NCBI GenBank assembly: GCA_964016885.1
Contig: OZ024748.1
Coordinates: 40,610,001 to 40,674,000, forward strand
Source: Eledone cirrhosa
Taxonomy: Eukaryota
Length of the DNA: 64,000 nucleotides
Direction of reading: 5' to 3'
Each line of letters starts with the position of its first letter. Within the stretch, counting starts at the first letter, position 1. The notes under the pieces are model-generated. The model had not been told where the DNA came from, ran no database searches, and worked only from the letters and a program-made list of their open reading frames with translations. Below are positions 29,497-41,833 of the stretch, piece by piece. The position numbers and the translations under genes were made by a program.

Positions 29497-29848
29497 TTAT
29501 GTGAGATAATTATGTGAGGTAAAGCCTTTACTGTGAAAATACAATAGTATATATAGAGTAATGTAAATGTTATGTGAGATATTATGAGGTAAAACCTTTA
29601 CTGTGAAAATACAATAGTATATATAGAGTAGTGTAAATGTTATGTGAGATATTATGTGAGGTAAAGCCTTTACTGTGAAAATACAATAGTATATATAGAG
29701 TAATGTAAATGTTATGTGAGATATTATGTGAGGTAAAACCTTTACTGTGAAAATACAATAGTATATATAGAGTAATGTAAATGTTATGTCAGATATTATG
29801 TGAGGTAAAGCCTTTTCTGTGAAAGTACAATAGTATATATAGAGTAAT
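29497..29848. repeat. 72-bp minisatellite, left part (~5 units)
   Basis: Unit TGTGAGGTAAAGCCTTTACTGTGAAAATACAATAGTATATATAGAGTAATGTAAATGTTATGTGAGATATTA. Confidence 0.95.
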
Positions 29849-30079
29849 TTCTTTATTTGCCACCAGGGCACAAAAGATAGGGACAGATACAAGAGGGGAA
29901 GTTTACATATAATTAACGAGTACAAAAATATAACAATGAAATAACAACAAACGAAGTCCTCAATAGGGAGGGGGCATTAACATGGGTCGCACACATCCCG
30001 GAAAAAATGTGCAACCCTTCTCCTCAGGAGCACAAAGAGTAGGTGCTTCCCTCGTCTCCTCTTTTTCCTCTTCTTTCAC

Positions 30080-33000
30080 CTACAGGCTGATATAGAGAGA
30101 AGACCCATTCACTCTGGCCATTCTCCCTACTTTCACCCACCTTTCATAAAACTTGCTGGGGTAGAGCAGCTCTCTCTCCATTCTGATCCTTCTTTTAAAA
30201 TGATATTTGAAAAAGGGGACCAGTTGTTGGCCGGAGAGAAAGGTGTCTGACCTCAGCCCTTTCAGCCTCGTCCACCATACAACTTCTTTAGCCATGGCTA
30301 TCACACAGAGAAAAACCGTCTCTCCTTCGTTTTTGAAAGGGGGAGGCGGTTTGATCGTGACAATGGACTCGGTGGTCAACCGGATTGGTCCCTCCCTCGA
30401 CAGTAGTCGTTCCACATAGCCCCACAGGTCAGCAATGCCTGGGCAGTGTACGAATGCGTGCGCAACGGTTTTGTCGTCATGCACGCATCTCGGACAGATC
30501 TTATTCAAAGGATCCCTACCCAGGCTCCCATGCCTGTGGAGCTTGTCTCGAACGGGTAGAGCCCCTCGGTAGCACTGCCAAGCCAGGGACTTTTGGAAGT
30601 TGTCCATCGGTCCAGGGCCAAACGTCCTACCGAACAGACTGGCCAGTTCACCTTCCTCCATGCCTAGAGCTTCTCCGAGAGCATCGTCGCACCTGCTGCG
30701 TACCAACCCTCTATAGAATGTCGAGGTGGAGTCTCCACTGATTGCCGGGTCCGCTTTCCAGAGGGCCGTGAGCGCCTGGGCACATTCAATGTGCCTGTCG
30801 CCCACTTTTCTCGGTCTTTGCTTGACCCAGGATTGCAGCTCGGTGAGCGAGACGAGTCTGGGAAAGGCTCGCCTCACAAACGGGGCCCACACCGTTTGAC
30901 CGGTGAGGAATACCTGGAGGTGCCGTAGCCTTAATGCGTGTTTACGCATCTGTAGCCACGGCATACCCAGCCCTCCTTTCGAAGGGTGTTGACAGCAGAT
31001 GGATCTCCTCACCAACGGGGTCCGCTTGTTCCAAAGAAATTGGAAGAGTGCGCGCACTCCATTTTGGCGAGTCTTTTCACTGGGCAAGGCACGACGGTCA
31101 AGCGGTAGTAGATGACGGATGCTATATAAGTGTTCGCCACCTCCGCTCGACCTTTCAGGGATAGTTTGCACTGGGCCCACTTCTGGGTGAGTGCAAACAC
31201 CCTGGCCGTTACCTCGTTCCAGTCTTTCTCCACCTGGAGGTCTGGTCCGAACCAGACCCCAAGCAGCTTCACCGGGCCCTCCGTCCAGCGTCCGACGACG
31301 TCGTTGGAGGGCATCGGTTTGCCTCTCCATGTTCCGAGTTGCAAACCGACGGACTTGTCCCGGTTCAGCTTGGCTCCTGTAAACCGTTCATATTCCTCCA
31401 GTAAGGTGCCGATCTCACTGATTTGCGAGGTTTTCGACACCATTACTGTCACGGCATCGGCGTAGGCCGACGCCGCTTTCTGCAATCCCGGTTCCAAAGG
31501 GATGCCCTGCAACCGCTCCAACTTCCGCAGTAGTGGCTCAAGAGCCAGCACATACAGAAGAGAGGAGAGAGGGCATCCCTGTCGGATGGATCGCATGATT
31601 TGGAACGGCTCCGAGAGGTGGCCGTTCACCTTGACCCTTGAGCAGACGTTGCTGCTGTGCATCGCAGCAATCCAACCCCTGAAAACGGGTCCGAAGCCTG
31701 CCGCCGCGAGCACCGTATCCAGGTAACGATGGTTAACTCTATCGAAAGCTTTAGATTGATCCAAGTTGATCAGGGCCCCACCAAAGCCGGGTTCATTCCC
31801 TACCCTCTCTATGATGTATCGCATAAGGTGGAGATTGTCGTGAATGGACCTGGACGGGATTGCGCATGTCTGCGCTTCTCCCACCAGGTTTCCGACGACA
31901 AGGGCCAACCTCTTCGCTAACACCTTGGCCAAAATCTTTAACTCTGTATTTAGCAGAGTTATGGGCCTGAAGTTACTTATGTCATCACCCTTGTTCTCGT
32001 CCTTCCTCACCAGCGTAACTACGCCCTTGGTCACAGAACTGTGAATTCTCCCGTTCTGCTGCCAGTTGCAGTAGACCGCTTCGAGGATATCGGAGAACAA
32101 GTCCGGCATCGCTACATATAGCTCGTATGGTAGACCATCGAGACCCGGGGATTTGCGTTTGCCGCATTGGCTCAGCGGCGCCCCTATCTCAGCAGCTGAA
32201 ATCGGCCTTTCGCAGGACTTGCCTCCGCGTCCGAGAGGCGCGGCAGACCGTCGAGGTATGGATTGAAATCCATAGTCTCACCCGGCGCGCCGCCCCTCTC
32301 GAACAGTCGTGCAAAGTGCCGCTGAAAGGCCGCACACATCTGCCCAGGTTCAAGGATCACACGCCCATCCTGGTCCTTCAAAGACCGAATCGTGGACTTG
32401 TTCCCACTTTTTGCCTCTGTCACTCGGGCCCAGCTAACAGCTTTGGCTCCCTCATTACCCAGAGCACGTATTTTACTCCTGACAACGCAGCCTTCATGCT
32501 TCACCTCAAAGAACTGGTCTAAGGCCATTCTTGATGCCAGCACGCTGGCTACATTGCCACTCCTAATCGCCTCTTCTACTCTATCTACTAATTCCCTTTC
32601 CGTCTTGCTAATTCCTGACTAAAACCTATCGATTCTATTCTAATTGCTCTCTTAAGAGAGCTCCACCACCTGTTGTTGACAATTGCCCCTGTCAAACACT
32701 GCTTAACTAACGTGCTAATCCGTTTACTGTAAGCTTTGCATGTCGGTAAGGACAATTTCAGCTTCCAGTAACCGGGTCCCTGTCTATGGGTTCTATCAAG
32801 GTTGACTATGCAGGTCACTAACTTGTGATCCGAATAGTCAACCATGAACATTTTTGGACTGCTAAATGTGTCCCTATCCTTATCTCTAACTACGACCCAT
32901 AGTGGTACAGTCGGAAAATCTAGTCGATATCTATCGGCCAGGTCAAATCGGCCGATTAACCTTTTAAGGCCTTTACACCCCCCCCCTCTATTGGCACATG

Positions 33001-33463
33001 CCCCTACATAGTCCCAACGTGCATCCAGGATACCATTCCAGTCCCCCACTAAAAGCAAGGAGCGGGACGTTCCCAGAAAAGTTTCCAGACGTTGGAAGTA
33101 GTCCGGCCGCGCTGCCCAAAAAGGGGCGTACACAGCAATTAGTCTAAGGGCTCCACTTTCACTACTGCCGACGTCTAAAACCACCAGTCGACCCTCCGGG
33201 TCCAGGTGCACCTTCTGTATGGCGAGGCCCAGGTGTTTTCGCAGCAGAACGACAACTCCACCCCCACCCCCCGGTTGACAGAGAGATGCGAAGATCTCAA
33301 AGTCGTCGAAGAGGGGCGCCAGTTGGCGCTCGCTGCTGATCCTGGACTCGCAAATAGCCATTACATCCATTCTATGTGACCTGAGATCGTTTAAAAGTTT
33401 GCCTTGTTTCCAAGACAGTCCCAGGCCGCGTACATTCAGACACCCAACTCTTATATCAGCCAT
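30080..33463 (-). pseudogene. Tx1 ORF2 (APE endonuclease-reverse transcriptase-Zn finger), frameshifted
   Basis: EN motifs LNVRGL, AICES, VYAP, GDWNG, SDHK; RT motifs FRPITLLNTELKILAK, DQSKAFDRV, RQGCPLS, with YADD changed to YADA; C-terminal CPRC...HAFVHC; split over four ORFs. Confidence 0.93.
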
Positions 33464-33484
33464 GTTGGTTAAAAGAGGAAGGAC

Positions 33485-35269
33485 CTACCTGTTCGGCTCC
33501 TGAGGAGCAGGTTGCAAAATATCCATGGGCGTATTGGAGGGGTTGTTTGGTGGGGTGTTGTTCTGCGGTGGGGTGGGGGTGTTTGGTGAGGTGTGGGTGG
33601 GGAAACGTTTCAAGAGGACGCGGTTATAGGGTCGAGTACATGTTTTCCCCACGTCCTCAGGAAAGTTCTCTCTTAGTTTTGCATAGGTGTCCATTGGGAG
33701 TCTTATCATTTTTAAATGCGGTTTGTTGGCCGCGCTTGCAAAGAATTGCCCTTCAGTTTCCACCGAAGGGTCTTTGTGTATCGTTTTTACTAGTTCTTTG
33801 TTATTTGTATTAATGTATGTATACTGTTTTATTTGTGTTGTGTTTGTTTGTTGTTCTTGTGTGTGCTTGCGTTTTGTTGTATGTGTTATGTTTTGGGGTG
33901 GGGTGAATTTTGTTTGTTCTGTTTGTTTTGGTTTTTGTTGGTGGTTGTGTGTTTGTTTCGTTTATGTTCGTGTGGTGTTTTCTTTTTTTTCTTTTTACAG
34001 GTTGGAAGGGTTCCCCCTCTTCGTCACTAGGTGCCGTTTCAGCTGGGTACTCGTCCGTGCTGTCGGGTAGTGGTGTATTTTGGGGTTTTGTTGTGTTTGT
34101 GTGTGTTTTGGGAGTTGTTTTGGGTGGGACCGTGTCTTGTGTTGATTTTCCGTGTTGATTTTGTTGTTGCTGTTGTTTTTGTTGTTGTGGTGGTGGTGGT
34201 AGTGGTGGTGGTGGTGGCAGTGGTGGTGGCAGTGGTGGTGAGTGGGGTGTAGGCAAAAGAGCCTTTTTTTGTCAATTGAGGACAGGCAGCCCTTAGATGA
34301 CCCCCTTCTTGAACAGTAGTAACATATAGGCCTCCTACCCTCGGCTGAAATGTATATAAATTTTTCTCCATCGAGGGACACCCTCTGTGGTATTCTAGCT
34401 ATTCGTTCTGGTCTCATTGGGACCAGAACCTCCACGCTCAAACCGCCGAAAACGTCTGTGGTGACTTCTCCTACTGAGAGGATTCCGTCCTCGTCTTCTA
34501 AAAATCCTGTTAGTACCCAGGAAATGCATGCATTTGGCCGGATTCCGGAGACTCTTATTTTTTGAGTTCTTTTCCCAAAATATGTGCGGAAAAATGTGTG
34601 TAGCTTGGAAACAATTGGCGCCACAGAGTATTTCCTGGCCGTCAATTGATCCTTCATTAGCACCGTTATATTCCCATAGAGTGGCCCTTTTTGTATGAAC
34701 GATATATCACTCCACACATTTTTTAGGACCAGCTCAATTTCTTTTGGGGATAATTGAGCTGATTTCCTCGTTATGTTGGAAATTGTTCTGAAAGATATCG
34801 TTCTTAGTGTCGTGTCTCTTTTGATTTCTTGTGGTGGGGGGGGGGGGGTGATTGTGAAGTCTCCTCCTTCTTTGAAAGTTACATACTGTTTTGCTTCCTT
34901 CATCTTTTCTCTCAGAGTTGTAATGTCCAGTTGCTTGCAGGTCTGTGTTTTTCGGACCGCCTGTGCAAAGGAGGCACCAGTAGTGGGTTCGCTTTGTTTG
35001 GTGTTATCGTTATTTTTTCCTTGGTTGGTGTTGTGACTATTGCTGTTGTTGATCGTGCTGTTATTGTCATTGTTGTTTTTGTCTGCGTTTATGTGACTTT
35101 CTGGGTTTTCACCCATTTTTACAAATTTTTCTTTTAATTCCGTGTTCCATGTTTCTTTTGCAGAAGTGAGGAGGGAAGACTTAGAGCCTTGTGCTTCTAG
35201 CTTCTCTGTATCACCTTTCTTAGGGGGCGTGGCTTTCTCGTTAGGATGAGATGTGAAAATTCCGTCCAT
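33485..35269 (-). pseudogene. Tx1 ORF1 (gag-like nucleic-acid-binding protein), frameshifted
   Basis: ATG at 35269 (MDGIF...); CX2CX4HX4C knuckle reconstructed across a frameshift (CYYC.../GHLRAAC); Thr/Lys-rich tract and FQPVKRKKRK; ends 22 nt before the ORF2 ATG. Confidence 0.8.
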
Positions 35270-35480
35270 TTCTATCAGTTTACCGTAATAAATTTTTAAA
35301 AGGAAAATTCGCCCCAAAAAGGGGCGAAAATAAATAAACTCAAAGTTTGACCCCCCAGGCAAGGGGTTAACGTATATTACAGTATAAAAAAATTAATCAA
35401 AACTCACTTTTGAGTAAGTAAATCCAACTCGGTAGCCGAGCTTGTTCACACACGTCAACACACGTCTCTCGTATACGAGA

Positions 35481-36194
35481 TGTTATGTGAGATATTATGA
35501 GGTAAAGCCTTTACTGTGAAAATACAATAGTATATAGAGAGTAATGTAAATGTTATGCGAGATATTATGTGAGGTAAAGCCTTTACTGTGAAAATACAAT
35601 AGTATATATAGAGTAATGTAAATGTTATGTGAGATATTATGTGAGGTAAAGCCTTTACTGTGAAAATACAATAGTATATATAGAGTAATGTAAATGTTAT
35701 GTGAGATATTATGTGAGGTAAAGCCTTTACTGTGAAAATACAATAGTATATATAGAGTAATGTAAATGTTATGTGAGATATTATGTGAGGTATAGCCTTT
35801 ACTGTGAAAATACAATAGTATATATAGAGTAATGTAAATGTTATGTGAGATATTATGTGAGGTAAAGCCTTTACTGTGAAAATACAATAGTATATATAGA
35901 GTAATGTAAATGTTATGTGAGATATTATGTGAGGTATAGCCTTTACTGTGAAAATACAATAGTATATATAGAGTAATGTAAATGTTATGTGAGATATTAT
36001 GTGAGGTATAGCCTTTACTGTGAAAATACAATAGTATATATAGAGTAATGTAAATGTTATGTGAGATATTATGTGAGGTAAAGCCTTTACTGTGAAAATA
36101 CAATAGTATATATAGAGTAATGTAAATGTTATGTGAGATATTATGTGAGGTATAGCCTTTACTGTGAAAATACAATAGTATATATAGAGTAATG
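35481..36194. repeat. 72-bp minisatellite, right part (~10 units)
   Basis: Same unit as 29497-29848; CTTTACTGTG recurs at 35581, 35653 ... 35941 (5 x 72). Confidence 0.97.
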
Positions 36195-36327
36195 TTAAAG
36201 GGTTAGGATGATAATGTAGTGAGTCAAATTTGAAAATCTCTTACAGTGTTTGACAGTGACTCTTGTTTGACAGTGAGTCTTATGTATATCTCTGTGCGTG
36301 TAAGAGAGAAAGAGAGAGCATGTTGTA

Positions 36328-36856
36328 ACACCACCACTACCCTACCCCCCCCCCCCTCACTACCCCCCCCCCCCTCACACACACACACACACCCTACTAT
36401 CACCACCCCTACCCCCACACACACACCCCATCCACACTACCACCCCACTACTACCACCACTACACCCCCACTACCACCACCATCACCACCACCACCCTAC
36501 CCCCACTACCACCACCGTCACCACCACCGTCACCACCACCGTCACCACCACCACCCTACCCCCCACTACCACCACCACTACACCCCCACTACCACCACCA
36601 CCCTACCCCCACTACCACCACCCTACCCCCACCCTACCCCCACTACCACCACCACTACACCCCCACTACCACCACCATCACCACCACCACCCTAGCCCCC
36701 CACTACCACCCCCACTACACCCCCACTACCACCACCATCACCACCACCACCCTACCCCCCACTGCCATCACCACCACACCACCATCACCACTACCCCCCC
36801 ACACACACTACCACCACACCCCCACTACACTACCACCACCATCACCTCCACACCAC
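36328..36856. repeat. C/A-rich low-complexity (CAC/CCA/CTA)n tract
   Basis: Degenerate trinucleotide runs, almost no G. Confidence 0.9.
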
Positions 36857-36985
36857 AGGTAGACCAATCCAATAATCCCTGACTCTATGTAAGTAACAAC
36901 ATTATACCTGTCGTAACATGTCCAGGTAAATAAAGTTGGTTGTTTTATTATTTATTGGGTCAGTCAGGGTTCTGCTTCAATGGAC

Positions 36986-36999
36986 GCTGCCATGGCAAC
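36986..36999. promoter_or_regulatory. RFX X-box-like palindrome GCTGCCATGGCAAC
   Basis: One mismatch from GTTGCCATGGCAAC, in a short unique island between repeats; function not shown. Confidence 0.35.
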
Positions 37000-37025
37000 G
37001 AAACTTCCTCAAGGATTTCTTTCCT

Positions 37026-37057
<32 letters not shown>

Positions 37058-37086
37058 TCGTCTCTTGTTATTTGAGTTGGAGTGGC

Positions 37087-37520
37087 AGAGAGAGAGAGGG
37101 AGAGAGATATTGTGAGGGAGAGGGATTACGTAGATAGAGTGTGTGTGAGAGAGAGGGGTGGATAGAGATAGAGAGAGGGAGATAGAGAAAGGGATTACGT
37201 AGATAGAGTGTGTGAGAGAGAGAGGGGTAGATAGAGATAGAGAGAGGGATTACGTAGATAGAGTGTGTGTGAGAGAGAGGGGTGGATAGAGATAGAGAGA
37301 GGGAGATAGAGAGAGGGATTACGTAGATAGAGTGTGTGAAAGAGATAGAGAAAGAAGGGTAGATAGAGAGATATAGAGGGGTAGATAGAGATAGATAGAG
37401 AGGGATAGAGAGAGATATACATACATAGATAGAGAATGAAAGACAGAGAGAAAGAGATAGATAGATAGACAGAGACAGAGACAGAGAGAGACAGAGATAG
37501 ATAGAGAGAGATAGAGAGAT

Positions 37521-37551
<31 letters not shown>

Positions 37552-37689
37552 CAGAGACAGAGATAGAGAGAGACAGAGACAGAGACAGAGATAGAGAGAG
37601 ACAGAGATAGATAGAGAGAGACAGAGATAGATAGAGAGAGACAGAGAGAGATAGAGAGAGACAGAGATAGACAGAGATAGACAGAGACA

Positions 37690-37765
<76 letters not shown>

Positions 37766-37787
37766 CAGAGACAGGGACAGAGATAGA
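37087..37787. repeat. Compound (GA)n/(GATA)n/(GACA)n microsatellite with four GGGATTACGTAGATAGAGTGTGTG cores
   Basis: Core seen near 37122, 37191, 37246 and 37315, separated by variable GA runs. Confidence 0.9.
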
Positions 37788-37869
37788 ATTGTTGTGTGGA
37801 AGAAAGACGTGAAAAAAACTCAACAAAATTTGATAAAAGAATCAACATAAATTGGTAACAAATTTCTAC

Positions 37870-37900
37870 CTGGTGTTGTTGTTGGTTGTGTTTGGTGTTG

Positions 37901-37932
<32 letters not shown>

Positions 37933-38002
37933 ATTGTTGTTGTTGTTGTTGGTGGTGGTGGCGGTGTTATTGTTGCTATTGTTGTTGTTGTTTTTGTTGT
38001 TG
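37870..38002. repeat. (GTT)n/(GGT)n compound microsatellite
   Basis: Direct reading. Confidence 0.9.
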
Positions 38003-38282
38003 CTTCAACTGAACCCAGAGAAATGTAAGAAGCAGACGAAATTTTGATAGAGGAAAGGAGATAACAAATAATTAGCAAATAATAATCAACAACAAATAAT
38101 TAACAAATAATATTAAGCAACTTTATAGAACGAATTTCTGTGAATAATTCTGTAAGTAATGTTTTCTTTGTTGTTAAATATTTCACATTAATGTATTTCT
38201 ATATATAAATGTACGCGTATGTGTGTATGTATGTATGTATGTGTATGTATGTGTGTGTGTATATATATACACACATACATAC

Positions 38283-38746
38283 GACAAAGGGCGGAAGAAC
38301 TCATAAGGGTCAACGGCGATCCAAAAGTGTGTAAATATGTGTATACACATGTACATGTGTGTGTATATGTGTATATGCATGGGTGCATGTGTATGTATAT
38401 GCGCGGGGACATAGAAATAGTCGGGCTGGACACCCGATCGCGCGGTTAAACCACTGGGAGTGAAGGACCCCTAGCCATTCTCAGGGCATTCTTCTAGGAG
38501 AAGGTAACTCAGGAAACTGGGATAACTCCGATATAAAACCTGCGGCTCAGTAGTTACCGATGATGTTGATCTTTTCTTCTTTTCGGGTTATAGCTACTGT
38601 CGCTCAGAGAGTGGGATTGGCTCAGTGCAGTCTTTCCTCACTTTAAAAAATATCTTCACGCACAGGCATTGCACGATAGAATTAATTAATTATTATTAAT
38701 AATGGTATATCGTGCAATGGCCATACTCGATAACGAGGGGGCAGCC
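38283..38746 (+). mobile_element. Short non-coding interspersed repeat, RTE-leader-like, copy 1
   Basis: Collinear with 41985-42437 (AAGGGTCAACGGCGATCCAAAA, TTCTAGGAGAAGG, AGAGAGTGGGA, GCACAGGCATTGC, GGCCATACTCGA..GGCAGCC); interrupted by a TG/TA microsatellite. Confidence 0.6.
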
Positions 38747-41364
38747 ATCATCATCATCATCATCATCACCGTTTTACGTCCGTTCTTCCACGCTAGCATG
38801 GGTTAGACGGGTTGTCCTGTTGTGGGCAGTGTCTGGTCGGCTGACCATGCCTTACTCATACAGGAACTGATTTGGCTTGATTTCTACAGCTGGATGCCCT
38901 TCCTAACAACAACCTCATTTATAGTGAGTGCTGGGTGCTTTTTCGTGGCGACTACACGTCCACTTTACAGTGTGGGCTGGGTGCTTTTTTGCCGTGGCAC
39001 CTCCACGACGACCTTGCAGTGGGAGGTTGTGGGAGCATATTGTCTATATGCTTCAGCTTGTACCTATGGGAGGTCGAGTACTCTGTATTACTGCGTGACG
39101 CCAGAGGTCACGGTGGTTTGTCATCGCCTTTGAGAGGTGTAATTGGGTAAGGTCGGCTTTTATCACCTCATCCCAGGTCTTCTTGGGTCTCCCCACTCCG
39201 CGGTTTCCATCGACTTTTAGTGCTATGCACCTTTTTATGCAGCTGTCATCCTTCATACGCATCACATGTCCATACCAACGCAACCGCCTCTCCTGCACAC
39301 AGCATTTGATTCCTCTTATGTTCAGTCTCTCTCTCAATTCATTTATGCTTTGTCGTTCGCGTATATTACTATTACACATCCATCGGAGCATGCAGGCTTC
39401 GTTTCTCTCTAATCTACGTAAGTCTTCCACCTTCAGCGCCCAGATCTCACTACCATGTAACATTGCTGTTCGGATACACGCATCATTCAGTCTGCCTTTC
39501 ATTTTGAGGGAGAAGCCTTTTGCAGCTAGCAGTGGCAGTAGTTCCCTGAACTTCTTCCATCCCGTTCTTACCCTAGTTGTTGTACTTTCTGAACACCCAC
39601 CTCCGCTGCTAATTCGGTCACCTAGGTAGCAGAAGCTGTCTACTGTCTCTACAGAGCCCTCCCAGAGATTGGTGATACTTGTTTCCCGTGGCTGTTTGCT
39701 GCTTGCTGTCCCAGTACAGCTGCTGCATGTGAAGCCTACATTCTTAATTAAGCTTCCTGAGATCCCGCTACATCTCTTGTGTACCCATTGTTTGCATTTG
39801 GGGCAGAGAATGGAGTTCCTACCTACACCTTTCCTACATACTGAGCAAGGCCATTTCCCTGAGGGGATCTGGGTTCTGTTTTCTCGTCTACTTACAAGGA
39901 CCTTAATCTTTGTCATGTTGACTTTGAGACACTTTCTTTTTAGTCCCTGCTTCCAAGTTTGGAATTTCTTCTCTAGTTCTACCATAGATTCAGCTATAAG
40001 TGCGAGATACAGCATACAGGAGTTCCCATGGGCATCCGGTCTTAAACTCCTCCGTTATTGCCTGCAGGACTATGAACAGGAGAGGGCTAAGAACAGAGCC
40101 CTGGTGGACACCAACCTGTACGCTAAATTCCTCGCTATACTCATTGCTAATTCTAACTTTGGTGACTGCTCCCCTATACATGGCTTGTACAGCTTTCACA
40201 AGCCATTCATCTACTCCTAGTTTTCTAAGAGCCCACCAGATTACAGCACGTGGAACTCTGTCAAAGGCTTTCTCGAGATCGACGAATTCCAGGTAGAGTG
40301 GCTTACTTTTAGCTAGGTACTTTTCCTGTAACTGCCTCACAAGGAAGAGGGCATCAGTGGTGCCTCTTCCTGGTACAAACCCAAATTGCATCTCATCTAG
40401 TTTCACCCCGTCCCTAATCAACTGTGCTATAACTCTTTCTGTTACTTTCATGACCTGGTCCATCAGCTTTATACCTCTATAGTTTCCTCTATCAAGTGCA
40501 TCACCTTTACCTTTGTAGCAGTTGACAATGATGCTACTGCACCAATCTTTTGGTATGACACCTTCTAGTATTACCTGGTTAACAATACGTGTGGTTATAG
40601 TGTGACCTACATACCCAGATGCCTTCAGCATCTCGGCAGCTATACCCGATGGACCGGTTTGCCTTACTTACTACGCTGCTGCTGACTTGTACTGCTGGCC
40701 CCTCTATAGGGTCTACTTGGGGTAGGGTTTGTTCTTCCCATGCATTCCCTCATTTAGTAATCTATCATAATGACTCTTCCATGCATCTTTCTTCTCAGCA
40801 CTTGTGAGGGCAAGCTCACCTTTATCATTCCGGATACACTTCTCTCCAATGACATCACAATTCTCTCTGACACACTGCCTCGCAATCTCGAACACCTCCT
40901 GTTTCTGGTCCTCACGTTGCAAAACATGCTTGAATTTTCTATCCTCTGCTTCCCTCCTAGCTAAGTATACTTGTCGCCTAGCTTCCCTCTTGGTCTCTAT
41001 GTAATGTACCCTGCGCCCACGGTTATTCCATTCTTTCCATGCCTGTCTCTTGGCCTTAACTGCCTCATCTACCTTATTGTTCCACCACCAAGTCACTCTC
41101 TTCCTGCTTGTGGTCTTACTCCAGCCACAGACCTCATCCGTCGCCTCTAGTAAGTTATTTTTTAGGAACTCCCAGTGCTCTTCTACATTGAATGTCTCTA
41201 TCTGTTCTTCTCTACTGTCGTAGGCGTTGAGTAAAATATCTTTAAATCTGTTACTGGCTGAGGGGTCTTTCAGCTTCCAGATCTTTCTTCTCCAGGTTGG
41301 CCTCTGTTTCCAGCTTCGTCTAGTTCTGACCGTGAGGTCGCTGACAACTAAGCTATGTTGGGAG

Positions 41365-41368
<4 letters not shown>
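38746..41368 (-). mobile_element. 5'-truncated RTE-clade LINE, disabled
   Basis: EN end (SQHSLVVSDL), RT motifs YRGIKLMDQV, QFGF, DLEKAFDRV, HQGSVLSP, with YADD lost at a frameshift; Cys-rich insert; RLRWYGHV and GRPKKTW; 3' UTR ending in (GAT)n. Confidence 0.92.
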
Positions 41369-41413
<45 letters not shown>

Positions 41414-41416
<3 letters not shown>

Positions 41417-41806
41417 TCATCATCATCATCATCATCATTTCATTTTACGTCCACTTTTCCCTGCTTGCAAGGGTGGGACGGGAACTGATTCTGGCTTGTT
41501 TTCTACAGCTGGATGCCCCTCCTAACACCAACCTCATTTACAGAGATGCTGGGTGCTTTTTTCCCGTGGCACCTCCACGTCCACTTTACAGTGTGGGTTG
41601 GGTGCTTTTTCGCCGCGGCACCTACACGACCACTTTGCAGTGGAATGATAGAGACCCCAGTCTCTATCATCTCATTTCTACAGCTGAGTAAACTGGAGCA
41701 ATGTGAAATAAAATGTCTTGCTCAAGGAAACAACACATCACCCGGTCTGAGAATTGAACTCACAACCTTTCGATTGCAAGGCCAATGCTCTAACCACTAA
41801 GCCATG
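41414..41806 (-). mobile_element. tRNA-derived SINE (family B) with RTE-type 3' tail
   Basis: Minus strand A box TGGCTTAGTGG, B box GAGTTCAATTC, CORE-like TTGAGCAAGACA..GCTCCAGTTTACTCAGCTGT; tail matches the RTE 3' UTR at 38746-39020 and ends in (GAT)n. Confidence 0.85.
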
Positions 41807-41833
41807 TATGTATGTATATATATATATATTTAT

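Larger units (their letters stand above)
29849..35480 (-). mobile_element. Full-length, disabled L1/Tx1-clade non-LTR retrotransposon (~5.6 kb)
   Basis: 5' UTR, ORF1 with CCHC knuckle, ORF2 with APE endonuclease, RT and C-terminal Zn finger, and 3' UTR ending GCCCTGGTGGCAAATAAAGAAA. Confidence 0.93.
29353..36206. mobile_element. piggyBac-like MITE copy 1, expanded by a 72-bp minisatellite and a Tx1 insertion
   Basis: Left end TTAA|CCCTTTAGCATT, right end AATGTTAAAGGG|TTAG; internal sequence collinear with the compact copy at 45973-46320. Confidence 0.85.

Noticed and set aside
30207-32622. Antisense ORFs over the Tx1 copies
   Set aside because: Shadow frames of GC-rich RT coding sequence with no independent motifs.
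29849-35480. Active retrotransposon
   Set aside because: Multiple frameshifts and stops, and YADD mutated to YADA.
35495-36175. 24-aa repeat protein (226 aa)
   Set aside because: Translation of the 72-bp MITE-derived minisatellite.
37068-38449. Ser/Leu-rich and His/Thr/Tyr-rich ORFs
   Set aside because: Microsatellite translations.
41745-41806. Functional tRNA gene
   Set aside because: tRNA-like head runs directly into SINE core; no complete acceptor stem or terminator seen; degenerate copies elsewhere.
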